Virus record (IMG/VR): IMGVR_UViG_3300032116_012976
DNA from: a virus
Taxonomy: Duplodnaviria > Heunggongvirae > Uroviricota > Caudoviricetes
Direction: 5' to 3' (one strand)
DNA: 64,000 nucleotides
Both the position numbers and the translations under genes were made by a program. The notes below the pieces were generated by a model. That model was not told where the DNA came from, did not search any database, and was given only the letters and a program-made list of their open reading frames with translations. Positions 1 to 9,575 of this stretch are shown piece after piece. The stretch's first letter is position 1, and every line of letters starts with the position of its first letter.

Positions 1-612
1 TATGTCAAGCAGTTGTGCGACGGGCGCATAGAACACTTCATGCAGTACGTGAGTTTAGACGGCTGGGGCTCACAAGCAGAATACATGCGTCACGGTATGG
101 ACTTCAATTTACTATGGGACAGGGTAAATCAATTTCTAACAGAAGTACCCAGCTACAACAGTCTAACGTTTATTGTGACCATGAACAATCTATCAGTAAC
201 CAGCTTGGAAAACCTGTTTGCTGGCATTCTAGGTCTGCGTAAAACCTATAGCAAAACCTATCAACGTGTGTGGTTTGATACACCTGTACTACGCGAACCG
301 GCTTGGCAGAGTTTGCAAATACTGCCAGAAAGCTATGCTGAACGACTGGAATATCTCTGGGCGTGGATGATACGTTGGACAGAAACTGCCGAAGATCCAT
401 TCCACGGATTCAAAGACTACGAACTTGCTAGACTGGACAGAGACATTGCATGGATGCGAGCAGGCCAAGGACAAGATCATTCCGCAGCAAAGGCAGACTT
501 TTATAGATTCTTTCGAGAACACGATCGCCGCAGAGGCACTGACTTTTTAAAGACCTTTCCAGAAATGAAAAGCTGGTGGGCAGAATGTGCATATCATGCT
601 AGGAACACATAA
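1..612 (+). CDS. C-terminal part of a radical-SAM-family paralog (5' end outside window)
   Basis: Frame is open from base 1. Tail FYRFFREHDRRRGTDFLKTFPEMKSWW aligns by eye with the tail of ORF 1686..3017 (FKQFHTQYDQRRNKDFGTAFPNLQAWY). Confidence 0.5.
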   Translation, partial: YVKQLCDGRIEHFMQYVSLDGWGSQAEYMRHGMDFNLLWDRVNQFLTEVPSYNSLTFIVTMNNLSVTSLENLFAGILGLRKTYSKTYQRVWFDTPVLREPAWQSLQILPESYAERLEYLWAWMIRWTETAEDPFHGFKDYELARLDRDIAWMRAGQGQDHSAAKADFYRFFREHDRRRGTDFLKTFPEMKSWWAECAYHARNT

Positions 613-1699
613 GCTCATAGTAGACGAATGGGCCGAAGTCTGGGACTTGCTCAAGCCATATGCTGACAGCAGTTTTTGGCAGTTGCCCAGCTTGGATCCT
701 GCCAATGTGTATGTTGTTGGCCGTGTGATATTGAAAGACAACTGGCAGACAATAACTGACTGGGCCACTCAGCACCCTGGACGCATTGTGTTCTCCAACC
801 CTGCAGAAGGATCAGAAACCATACTGCTACAGCTCAAGCGACTGCGCATTGCTGACTTGGTCCAAGACGGGCGCATAGGACTGTTGACGTCTGGGGATTT
901 AGAACCAGGGTGGAGCTATTGTAAAACAGACTGTTACTTTTCAAACATAGTGGAATACACAGAAAACAAATCGGCGCAACTACAAGCTGACATGGATTCA
1001 AAAGCGCATCGCCCATATGATTTTCTTTTTTTAAATGGCCGCCTGCGCCCACATCGCAAAGCACTGATAGACGGCCTGCGTGAAAATCAGCTGTTGGATC
1101 ATGCATTATGGACCAACCTGGGCAGTTCTGTTGAAATGGCATTTACTTCTGCACTGCAAACCAATCAGCTTGAGCCTATTAGACTGTTGCCCCCAGAATA
1201 TGAAATTGAACGTGCTGTACCCAACATGGAATCAGCGTATGCACACAGTTTTTGCAAGCATCATTTGTTTGGCAATACCTGGGGCGATGCCATTGTTAAT
1301 CCTGCTTGCTACACAAGCACATGGTTCTCAGTGGTAACAGAAACCATATTTGATTACCCGCACACATTTAGAACAGAAAAGATATGGAAGCCCATATTAA
1401 TGGCACACCCATTTGTGGCAGCTGCCAACAGGGGTTACTTGCGAGACTTGCGCAACGCAGGATTCCGCACGTTCCACAACTACATCGACGAATCCTACGA
1501 CCAAATTGATTGTCCAAGCAAGCGAATAGATAGTATAATAGCAACAATTGGCGAGATCTGTCAGAACGGTGCTGCTGAATTCTGGACAGCCGCCCAGGAT
1601 ATCTGTAAATATAATCAACAGCACCTAGTGGAGCACAATCAATTGGAACGTGCCCAACTCCCCATCAATTTAGAAAAGTATTTAGATGAACGATCTTGA
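587..1699 (+). CDS. putative glycosyltransferase, fucosyltransferase (GT10)-like 'TEK-motif' family, paralog 1 of 6
   Basis: C-terminal block VVTETIFDYPHTFRTEKIWKPILMAHPFV...GFRTFHNYIDESYD recurs in ORFs 5478, 13420, 14594, 55318 and 58621. It resembles the E-x(n)-[ST]EK motif of alpha-1,3-fucosyltransferases. Start 587 or 596 is ambiguous. Confidence 0.5.
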   Translation: MHIMLGTHKLIVDEWAEVWDLLKPYADSSFWQLPSLDPANVYVVGRVILKDNWQTITDWATQHPGRIVFSNPAEGSETILLQLKRLRIADLVQDGRIGLLTSGDLEPGWSYCKTDCYFSNIVEYTENKSAQLQADMDSKAHRPYDFLFLNGRLRPHRKALIDGLRENQLLDHALWTNLGSSVEMAFTSALQTNQLEPIRLLPPEYEIERAVPNMESAYAHSFCKHHLFGNTWGDAIVNPACYTSTWFSVVTETIFDYPHTFRTEKIWKPILMAHPFVAAANRGYLRDLRNAGFRTFHNYIDESYDQIDCPSKRIDSIIATIGEICQNGAAEFWTAAQDICKYNQQHLVEHNQLERAQLPINLEKYLDERS

Positions 1700-3017
1700 G
1701 TTCCGTCAGCAAGTATTAGACCCTCTCTCAGCCAGCTTTTGTGCGGCAAAATGGTATAACGCAACCATTTGGTTAGGAAGTGGACAGACCACAAGTTGTC
1801 ATCACCCGCCAGCTCATTTGATCGACAAAGATAAAGTCAGCATCAACCCTAGGCTACTGCACAATACTGATCAAAAGAAGGCAGATCGCCAACAAATGAT
1901 CAACGGGGAGCGTCCCCCTGGCTGTGAGTACTGTTGGAAAATAGAAGACATGGGTCGCAATGCCATTTCAGACCGTGTGTATAAGAGTAAGATATATCCC
2001 ATAGAGGCATTACATGAAGCTAGAAATACACCATACACTGAAGACGTCAACCTCCGTACACTTGAGATCGCTTTTGATCGCACTTGTCAGTTTGCTTGTA
2101 GCTATTGTAATCCAGCTTTCAGTTCAACATGGGTTAAAGACATCCGACGCAACGGAGCTTACCAGAACTTGGTCAGTGATGGTCGCAACCATTTTACCCA
2201 TGATCATGCTAACGCACAACTTTGGGATTATGGAGAACACAATCCTTACATTGATGCATTTTTTAAGTGGTGGGAGTCGGATCTGCATCGCACACTGCAA
2301 GAGCTCCGTATCACAGGAGGAGAGCCCCTCATGTCTGGTCACACATGGAAGCTCATTGACTGGTTTCGAACAAATTCAGGCAAGAGTTCAACACGCCTGG
2401 CTATCAACAGTAACCTAGGCACAGACGTAGACATTGACCGCTTGCTAGATGCAACGCAAAACATGGCAATTGACATATACACTTCAAACGAAGCTGTGGG
2501 TGTGCAAGCAGAGTACATACGCGACGGGTTGGTCTGGGCGGACTGGATGAACAATGTCAACCGCTTGTTAAGTTCCAAGCAGTTCCGTAGCATACATGTG
2601 ATGTGTACCATCAATGCCCTGTGCCTAGACAGCTTGGATCAATTGCTAGAGTGCATAGTGAAATGGAAGCTGGAGTATGGGCGTGATGCTATATCATTCA
2701 CACTAAACATCTTGCGTTTTCCCAGCTTTCAAAGTCCGTTGATACTGCCTGCGGAGTTGAAAACACACTACAAAACAGTGTTGGAAACTTGGCTCACAAA
2801 TCACAGCCACAGTGAATACCTGCACGAACACGAAATCAATCATTTACAAAGATTGATTGATTACCTGGATGTGGTGAAAACACCGCATTCAGACACATTT
2901 GAAATGCCCAAGCTATTGAATGATTTCAAACAATTCCACACACAGTATGACCAGCGTCGCAACAAAGACTTTGGCACAGCGTTCCCAAATCTGCAGGCCT
3001 GGTATAATTCACTATAA
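1686..3017 (+). CDS. radical SAM enzyme (type A)
   Basis: CxxxCxxC motif CQFACSYC, GGEPLM motif, N-terminal Cys-rich FCAAKW...SCHHPP. Overlaps the upstream ORF. Confidence 0.85.
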   Translation: MNDLEFRQQVLDPLSASFCAAKWYNATIWLGSGQTTSCHHPPAHLIDKDKVSINPRLLHNTDQKKADRQQMINGERPPGCEYCWKIEDMGRNAISDRVYKSKIYPIEALHEARNTPYTEDVNLRTLEIAFDRTCQFACSYCNPAFSSTWVKDIRRNGAYQNLVSDGRNHFTHDHANAQLWDYGEHNPYIDAFFKWWESDLHRTLQELRITGGEPLMSGHTWKLIDWFRTNSGKSSTRLAINSNLGTDVDIDRLLDATQNMAIDIYTSNEAVGVQAEYIRDGLVWADWMNNVNRLLSSKQFRSIHVMCTINALCLDSLDQLLECIVKWKLEYGRDAISFTLNILRFPSFQSPLILPAELKTHYKTVLETWLTNHSHSEYLHEHEINHLQRLIDYLDVVKTPHSDTFEMPKLLNDFKQFHTQYDQRRNKDFGTAFPNLQAWYNSL

Positions 3018-3038
3018 TTCACTATAATGTCATATAAT
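3003..3038 (+). repeat. 10-nt tandem duplication TATAATTCAC x2 plus two further TATAAT hexamers across a stop/start junction
   Basis: Direct reading: tataattcac tataattcac tataatg tca tataat. Contains the stop of ORF 1686 and the ATG of ORF 3027. Confidence 0.8.
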
Positions 3039-4286
3039 TACAACTCTACAGATCTAGTAAGACCCACAGAATTAACTGAGCGTGAGGAATTCTTACTAAA
3101 AGATTCAAAGACATTTTGCATTTATCCCTGGATCCATTTGCACGCCTATCCCACAGGCGAGGCATATCCCTGCTGTCATGCTGAAATGAAGCCAGGCATA
3201 GTAGGCAACTGTAGAACAAATACCTTAGAAGAAATATGGCAGGATGCACCCATGCAGAAGCTACGTGCAGACATGCTGAGCGAAACGCCACACGCTGCCT
3301 GCACACGTTGTTATGAGCAGGAAGAATCAGGATTCTTTTCAGGCCGTAAGAGTGCCAACAAACATCACGGACATCACATAAAGAAGCTGGATCAAAATCC
3401 TTTTGAAATGACCTACTGGGACATTCGTTTCTCAAACTTGTGCAATCTAAAATGCCGTAGCTGCGGATACATATTCAGCTCACAATGGTATCAGGATCAA
3501 GCCAAACTTGCTGGCGGCGACTGGAAAGCCCGCAACACAGTGCTAAACTATGCAGGGCGTACTGAAACTGACATGTGGGAACAATTAAAGCCTCATTTGG
3601 ACTATGTGGAACAGATCTACTTTGCTGGCGGTGAACCCTTGCTTATGGCGGAACACTACAATATTCTAGACGAGCTGGTGCGAAGAAAACGCTTTGACGT
3701 TAGACTCATATACAACACCAACTTCACACACACGGATCTCAAGGGTCGTTCAGTATTTGAATACTGGCGCCAGTTCGATTCAGTTGCTGTGGGTGCCAGC
3801 CTGGATGCGTCGGGCGCACGTGGGGAATACATTAGAAAAGGCACAGACTGGGCCGTAGTAGAACAGAACAGACGTGATATGTTGCGTGTGTGCCCTGAAG
3901 TGGATTTTTACATTTCACCTACCTTGAGCATAATGAATGCCTGGCACCTGCCTGATTTCCACCGTGACTGGGTGGAAAAAGGCCTGATCCGCGCACAGGA
4001 TTTAAATATAAATATCCTACAAGATCCTGCGCACTATAGAATAGACATTGCCACAGCCGAATACAAACACTCACTCACAGCACTGTATCAAAATCATATC
4101 CATTGGCTTAAAGGTCAGGACCCGCTAAATCGTGCCACACAAGGCTTTGAATCAGCCATTACCTTTATGATGGCCACAGACAACACACACTTGATAGATA
4201 CATTCTGGCGCAAAACAAATGAACTAGATTCAATAAGAAATGAATCAATATTGGATATAATTCCAGAATTGGCGGCACTAAAATGA
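3027..4286 (+). CDS. radical SAM enzyme (type B, SPASM/twitch-like)
   Basis: N-terminal FCIYPWIHL...PCC motif, CNLKCRSCG cluster motif, AGGEPLL. Confidence 0.85.
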   Translation: MSYNYNSTDLVRPTELTEREEFLLKDSKTFCIYPWIHLHAYPTGEAYPCCHAEMKPGIVGNCRTNTLEEIWQDAPMQKLRADMLSETPHAACTRCYEQEESGFFSGRKSANKHHGHHIKKLDQNPFEMTYWDIRFSNLCNLKCRSCGYIFSSQWYQDQAKLAGGDWKARNTVLNYAGRTETDMWEQLKPHLDYVEQIYFAGGEPLLMAEHYNILDELVRRKRFDVRLIYNTNFTHTDLKGRSVFEYWRQFDSVAVGASLDASGARGEYIRKGTDWAVVEQNRRDMLRVCPEVDFYISPTLSIMNAWHLPDFHRDWVEKGLIRAQDLNINILQDPAHYRIDIATAEYKHSLTALYQNHIHWLKGQDPLNRATQGFESAITFMMATDNTHLIDTFWRKTNELDSIRNESILDIIPELAALK

Positions 4287-5500
4287 ATATTCCACACGAT
4301 CAATTTTGCGTATTGCCCTGGGTGAGTTTAGAAGCCTCTCCCATTGGCACTGTACGCCCATGTTGTCTGGCAGATGATGAACTGACGGATGACTCTGGCA
4401 CAAAGTTCTCGCTATTGAATGCTAACTTTGCTGACATACAAAACTCACGTGCAATGACACGCCTGCGTGAACAGTTTCTTGCAGGCGAAAAGCCACAGAC
4501 CTGCCGCAAGTGCTGGATGGAAGAACGTGCTGGCCGCACATCAAAACGCATGCACACCTTGGACAGAATGAAACACATGGGCATATCAGGAGAATGGACC
4601 ACTGACGCCAAGCCGCTGATGTTCCTGGATTTGAAGCTGGGCAACATCTGCAATTTAAAATGTCGTATATGCGGATCATGGTCATCAAGCCAATTTGCCA
4701 CAGAAGAATTAAATGACATGCATCCAGATGACGATAAGAAAAAGACATTTCCCTATCAGATGCTGCGAGCAGGTGCGTGGCCCAGGGAAAATCAATCATT
4801 TTGGACAGAAATTGATGCCTGTTTAAATGACATACGCTACATTGAATTTACAGGTGGCGAGCCATTCATGATTGATCAGCACTTTGACATGTTGCAGGGC
4901 ATTGTGGATCGCGGAATTGCACATCAAGTGGAAATACACTACAACACAAATGGCACACAATGGCCTGCTCGCGGCCCGGACATCTGGCGCCATTTTAAAA
5001 CAGTAGAAGTGGCGTTCTCAATAGATGATGTGGGTGAACGCTTTGAATATCAACGCACCAATGCAGACTGGGCATTGGTGCTGGACACAATCACAAGTTT
5101 TCAATATCTTAGAGATCAACTGCCCAACCTGCGTTTACAATGCTGTAGTACCGTGAATGTGTTTAATGTGCGGTACATTGATCAACTAGCACACTGGATA
5201 GCACTGCAACGCTTTGACTTTGTGTACTGGAACATGATGCATGATGCCTGGTACTTTTCAATTGCCACACTGCCTGACACAGCCAAAGCTGCTGTCACAG
5301 AACACCTACGTTCAGCAGATGTGCCCGCACAATATCGTGAGGAGTTTGATAGAATCACAGACTTTATGAATGGGGGTGCGTCAACGGACGGCTTTATGTT
5401 GCGAATGAAAGTACGTGATTTAGATCGCAAAAGAAAACAAAATTTACGTGATGTAGCGCCAGAATTTGCTGAAATAATTGGGTATGACTATGACCAGTAA
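4283..5500 (+). CDS. radical SAM enzyme (type B paralog)
   Basis: FCVLPWVSL...RPCC, CNLKCRICG, TGGEPFM. ATGA overlap with the upstream ORF. Confidence 0.85.
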   Translation: MNIPHDQFCVLPWVSLEASPIGTVRPCCLADDELTDDSGTKFSLLNANFADIQNSRAMTRLREQFLAGEKPQTCRKCWMEERAGRTSKRMHTLDRMKHMGISGEWTTDAKPLMFLDLKLGNICNLKCRICGSWSSSQFATEELNDMHPDDDKKKTFPYQMLRAGAWPRENQSFWTEIDACLNDIRYIEFTGGEPFMIDQHFDMLQGIVDRGIAHQVEIHYNTNGTQWPARGPDIWRHFKTVEVAFSIDDVGERFEYQRTNADWALVLDTITSFQYLRDQLPNLRLQCCSTVNVFNVRYIDQLAHWIALQRFDFVYWNMMHDAWYFSIATLPDTAKAAVTEHLRSADVPAQYREEFDRITDFMNGGASTDGFMLRMKVRDLDRKRKQNLRDVAPEFAEIIGYDYDQ

Positions 5501-6497
5501 TCTGGTATTGATGCACGACACCAGACTGGTTCCTGCCAATTTGTCAAGGCATTTTCCTGTGGACTATGAGTTTTTTGATCCTGGCAAAACATATCCCAGC
5601 AACACAGTTTTTGTTTATGATCATTATCTCAGTGAAATTGCAGTCAAACAGCATCTTGACAGTCATCTGCAAGCTGGCTACAGAGTAATATACGACAACA
5701 AAAATGAACATTGGTTTACCACTGACCAATGGTGGATTGTTGAGCTGCTACAAAAATATCCACAACAACACCTTTTGTTTAGTTTGGGATCACAGCCTGG
5801 CGCATTGCCTGGACTCAGAGTGCAGGCTGTGCCTGCTTGGATATGGCTGCGTTGCCGAGACTATTGGGAAAAATTGAACTATCACAATATTGCATATACT
5901 CCAACTGCACGGTATAAAACATTGTGTATGATCAACTACACACGACCCTGGCGAGACCTGGTGTGGCAAGCATTGAATCCCATGGAGGCAGATGTGATGC
6001 GTAGTTATTTGTCCCAGGGGATCAGCATGCCCGACGATGTTACAGGTGATGGACACTTGTGGCAGGTAAATCCACGTTGGTTTCATATTTCTGCAATGAG
6101 CTTGGTGTGCGAAAGTTCAATTGGTGCTGTTTCTGGAGAAATTTCAGTCACTGCACCGTCAGGTGTGTTTGTGAGCGAAAAAAGTCTAAAGCCCATGGCC
6201 ATGCAACATCCATTTATTGTGGTAGCAACCCCGGGTACCCTAGCAGAGATACAGAGTTTTGGATTTGAAACATTCCCAGAGTTATGGGACGAAAGCTACG
6301 ATTCAATTGTGGACTTTGGTCAGCGATTAAACGTCATTATGCAACAAGTGCAACAGTTTGATACAGCACAATTAAACCAGCTGGTAGTGCAACAAAAACT
6401 CCAACACAATCAGCACAGGATTTTTGATCCTGCGGTAACACAGCAATTGCTACAGCAACAGGTGTTGGATCCCATATTAGAATTTTTAAATGAATAA
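5478..6497 (+). CDS. putative glycosyltransferase, GT10-like TEK-motif family, paralog 2
   Basis: LVCESS...VFVSEKSLKPMAMQHPFIVVATPGTLAEIQSFGFETFPELWDESYD. Confidence 0.5.
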   Translation: MGMTMTSNLVLMHDTRLVPANLSRHFPVDYEFFDPGKTYPSNTVFVYDHYLSEIAVKQHLDSHLQAGYRVIYDNKNEHWFTTDQWWIVELLQKYPQQHLLFSLGSQPGALPGLRVQAVPAWIWLRCRDYWEKLNYHNIAYTPTARYKTLCMINYTRPWRDLVWQALNPMEADVMRSYLSQGISMPDDVTGDGHLWQVNPRWFHISAMSLVCESSIGAVSGEISVTAPSGVFVSEKSLKPMAMQHPFIVVATPGTLAEIQSFGFETFPELWDESYDSIVDFGQRLNVIMQQVQQFDTAQLNQLVVQQKLQHNQHRIFDPAVTQQLLQQQVLDPILEFLNE

Positions 6498-7779
6498 ACC
6501 TGATACCATGTGCCTGGCACCTTGGGTGCATACCTATCTAAGCCCGCAAACTGAACGGCGCATGTGCTGTGCGTCACGCGAGCCTGCACAGAATTTTCGG
6601 CAGTACATAGACACTGAGTCAGGTACTGGTCAGTATATTCCTGTCACACTTGAAGAACATTGGAATTCAAATCACATGCGATCAGTGCGTCGCAGAATGA
6701 TGGCCGGAGAAACTTTACCTGAATGCGAAGTATGCAATGACCGACTCCTTAACACTAGCGTTTACCGCACCTACTTCGATCATTTATTTCAGCACAAACT
6801 GCCAGAAGTATACGCTAACACACAGCCCGATGGCACTACGACTATGGAACCTGTTTCATGGGATTATAGGTTCTCAAACTTATGTAACTTCAAATGCAGA
6901 ACCTGCGGAGATATGCTTTCAAGTGCCTGGGAGAGTGAACAAAAACAGAACAACATGGTCAACTGGGCTGATCCTAAAAACAATTGGATGCGAGACAGTA
7001 TACGTGACAGCATCTCCCAATTTCAGGATAGTCAAATTGAAGCCGAATTTGCTGCCGCCGTTGAACAACATCGTGTAGAAGAAATCTACTGGGTGGGCGG
7101 AGAGCCGCTAATGTACGAACAGCATTGGCGCCACATGAAAAGAATTGTTGAACTAGGAGATGGACCACGTGTTTATGCTAGATATAATACTAATCTCAGC
7201 CGTGTGCGTTACGGCGGTGTGGATCTATTTGATGATATCCTGGCGCACATTCGCGATTGGCAAATATGTGCTTCCCTGGATGGAACTGAGCAGATCGGGG
7301 AATATATTCGTACAGGATTGGATTATGCACAGTTCTGTCGTAATTTTGAACACGGACTCAAATACGCTACCAACCCTAGACAGATGCGTCTTGACTTTAC
7401 CCTCACACTGCCCGGCATGTTCGAGACTGGCGCAATGGAAAAGTTATCACAGACGTATGGGGTACAATTGTTAGCCAAAGTGATATTCAGCTTTAGTCCA
7501 GACATTGTTATGAGTCCACTTGCGCTGCCCAGACACTTGTTGGATCCATGGGTTGACGAACTAGCAGGCCGCTCCGCAGGTGACATGCGTGATGTACTGC
7601 TACAATTAAAGAACCGTCCATGCTTTGAGGAACAATGGCCGGATACATATCGCGCAGGACTTGCAAAAGGCAAAGCTCGTGTGTTACAATTAGAAAGCAT
7701 ACGCACACAGAAGATTACTATGGCAGAAATACTTGCTCAAAGACCAGCAGTGCTAGAATGGTGGAATAAAATTGCTTGA
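6490..7779 (+). CDS. radical SAM enzyme (type B paralog)
   Basis: MCLAPWVHT...RMCC, CNFKCRTCG, VGGEPLM. Confidence 0.85.
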   Translation: MNKPDTMCLAPWVHTYLSPQTERRMCCASREPAQNFRQYIDTESGTGQYIPVTLEEHWNSNHMRSVRRRMMAGETLPECEVCNDRLLNTSVYRTYFDHLFQHKLPEVYANTQPDGTTTMEPVSWDYRFSNLCNFKCRTCGDMLSSAWESEQKQNNMVNWADPKNNWMRDSIRDSISQFQDSQIEAEFAAAVEQHRVEEIYWVGGEPLMYEQHWRHMKRIVELGDGPRVYARYNTNLSRVRYGGVDLFDDILAHIRDWQICASLDGTEQIGEYIRTGLDYAQFCRNFEHGLKYATNPRQMRLDFTLTLPGMFETGAMEKLSQTYGVQLLAKVIFSFSPDIVMSPLALPRHLLDPWVDELAGRSAGDMRDVLLQLKNRPCFEEQWPDTYRAGLAKGKARVLQLESIRTQKITMAEILAQRPAVLEWWNKIA

Positions 7780-8833
7780 TCACATTGAAATAGACCTACG
7801 CGGACAAAACAGCCTACTAACTGTGCATATAGATGTGGCGGACAACACACTAAGTCGCAAATGGCTAACCGCGCTAAATGACATCATTAGAACTGATCTT
7901 CATTTGGAAAAGAATTACTGTTGGATGGGATGGACTGAAAGTGAACGAAATGCACAATACCTTTGTGAGCAAATTAATGCTAGTATTGATCACATCAATC
8001 GAAGTGGTATTGGCTATTGTATTGATTGTGATGCTTATACTGTAGAGAATACCATTGAGCCAGGAATCATTGGCACCAATCTAATCATCGGTGGCGTGGT
8101 GCATGAAAAAATGAACAATCTACACAGGTATTTTGAAGACCTACAAGGGTGGTCAGGTGGCATTTCAAATTATTATACTCGTGCAGATCCTGCTACACGC
8201 TGGCACATACGTCAACTAAATCTCCTGTGTCATGAATATGAAAGTCTTGTATTGAGCATGCGCAAGGCTGTGCATGCCCCTGAATGGCGCAGACCCTCAC
8301 AGTTGATGTGTTGGCTTAATGCACCGCGTTTTGCACTAGAACCCGCGGACTATGAATTGTTTGGCGTAGAAACCATCAACAGAACTCTAGGCGGTGTTTA
8401 TTTGGGTGTAAATAAAGCAGTTGGCAAACATCACTGGGAGGTGTTCAATGATGAAGGTAGGGATTCGCGTGTTGGCGAGCTTGTTACTACAGGACTGCGT
8501 GCTCAAACTGAAGCCGCTGGCGACTTTGATATCGAATGGGCCCGTGACCCAGGAGCATATCACTGGCAAATCAAAAAGTTACAAGAATTCCGCGCCTGGC
8601 TATTGGACAATGGGTTTGATCCAGAGGACAAAAGTCTCACCATTGGTCACCCAAAGGTGGCACAAGTTGACGTGATGCGAACATTTGGAACAACGGATTA
8701 TGAAAAGATTTGGGCGCAGTTGGCTCAACATCTTGATGTGTTGAGCATACGTACCGGGTGGGGCGAAGCTACATACAACTATCGCTGGAGCGATCCAGAC
8801 TATCATGAACAGCAAATAAGGAGATTGAAATGA
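7772..8833 (+). CDS. hypothetical protein
   Basis: 353-aa ORF in operon context, overlapping its neighbours. No motif recognised. Confidence 0.6.
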   Translation: MLDHIEIDLRGQNSLLTVHIDVADNTLSRKWLTALNDIIRTDLHLEKNYCWMGWTESERNAQYLCEQINASIDHINRSGIGYCIDCDAYTVENTIEPGIIGTNLIIGGVVHEKMNNLHRYFEDLQGWSGGISNYYTRADPATRWHIRQLNLLCHEYESLVLSMRKAVHAPEWRRPSQLMCWLNAPRFALEPADYELFGVETINRTLGGVYLGVNKAVGKHHWEVFNDEGRDSRVGELVTTGLRAQTEAAGDFDIEWARDPGAYHWQIKKLQEFRAWLLDNGFDPEDKSLTIGHPKVAQVDVMRTFGTTDYEKIWAQLAQHLDVLSIRTGWGEATYNYRWSDPDYHEQQIRRLK

Positions 8834-8931
8834 ATTGGATTAGACAAATTTGGGATAGAATTACACTAGAGTATCGTTATCGTAAAAAACTAAAAGAGCT
8901 ACGCAAAAGAGATCCTTTTATCTACAAATGA
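8830..8931 (+). CDS. small basic protein (33 aa), below the ORF-track cutoff
   Basis: MNWIRQIWDRITLEYRYRKKLKELRKRDPFIYK. ATGA overlaps at both ends (8830-8833 and 8928-8931) fill an otherwise empty gap. Confidence 0.5.
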   Translation: MNWIRQIWDRITLEYRYRKKLKELRKRDPFIYK

Positions 8932-9575
8932 AAAATCAGTTACTCACAATAGGTGATAGCTTTACACATGGTGACGAATTGTCAGATGTGTATCAAGCCT
9001 GGCCCTATCGTCTGTCAGACAAACTAGGATACGAAGTCCACAATCTTGGACAGTCAGGGTGCAGTAACGCTAGTATTTTGCGTAGAACATTAGAAGAACT
9101 TGCGACCAATCATTATGATTTAGTTATTATAGGGTGGACTTATCCGGGTAGAATTGAATGGAAAGATGACATTGGCATAGCGTATGATTTATGGCCAGGT
9201 GTGCCCAACGATACTAAATTTTTTAAAGATCATCCTTGGAGAGTTGATTTTTTAAACTTTATAAGTCAACATCACAATTCTGCTTATCTATACCAACAGT
9301 ATCTGATACAAACAATTTTGTTGCAATCGTTTTGCCAAGTCAACAGCATTGATTATAGAATGTTAGATGTACAATGGCACAATTACTACAGAAAAGTTGG
9401 ATCAGAAATGCATGATAAGTTAGAAGCAAAAATAGATACAACAAAATTTATAGGTTGGCAAAAGTTTGGTATGAGAGAACTAGTGGCTGATTTACCAAAA
9501 GGTCCTCAAAATCATCCGCTAGAACAAGGACATGAGAGAATAGCAAATGAAATCGCAAAACATATTGGGAATTAG
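8928..9575 (+). CDS. SGNH/GDSL-family hydrolase
   Basis: N-terminal LLTIGDSFTHGDE (GDS block). C-terminal H in ...LEQGHERIANE. Confidence 0.6.
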   Translation: MKNQLLTIGDSFTHGDELSDVYQAWPYRLSDKLGYEVHNLGQSGCSNASILRRTLEELATNHYDLVIIGWTYPGRIEWKDDIGIAYDLWPGVPNDTKFFKDHPWRVDFLNFISQHHNSAYLYQQYLIQTILLQSFCQVNSIDYRMLDVQWHNYYRKVGSEMHDKLEAKIDTTKFIGWQKFGMRELVADLPKGPQNHPLEQGHERIANEIAKHIGN

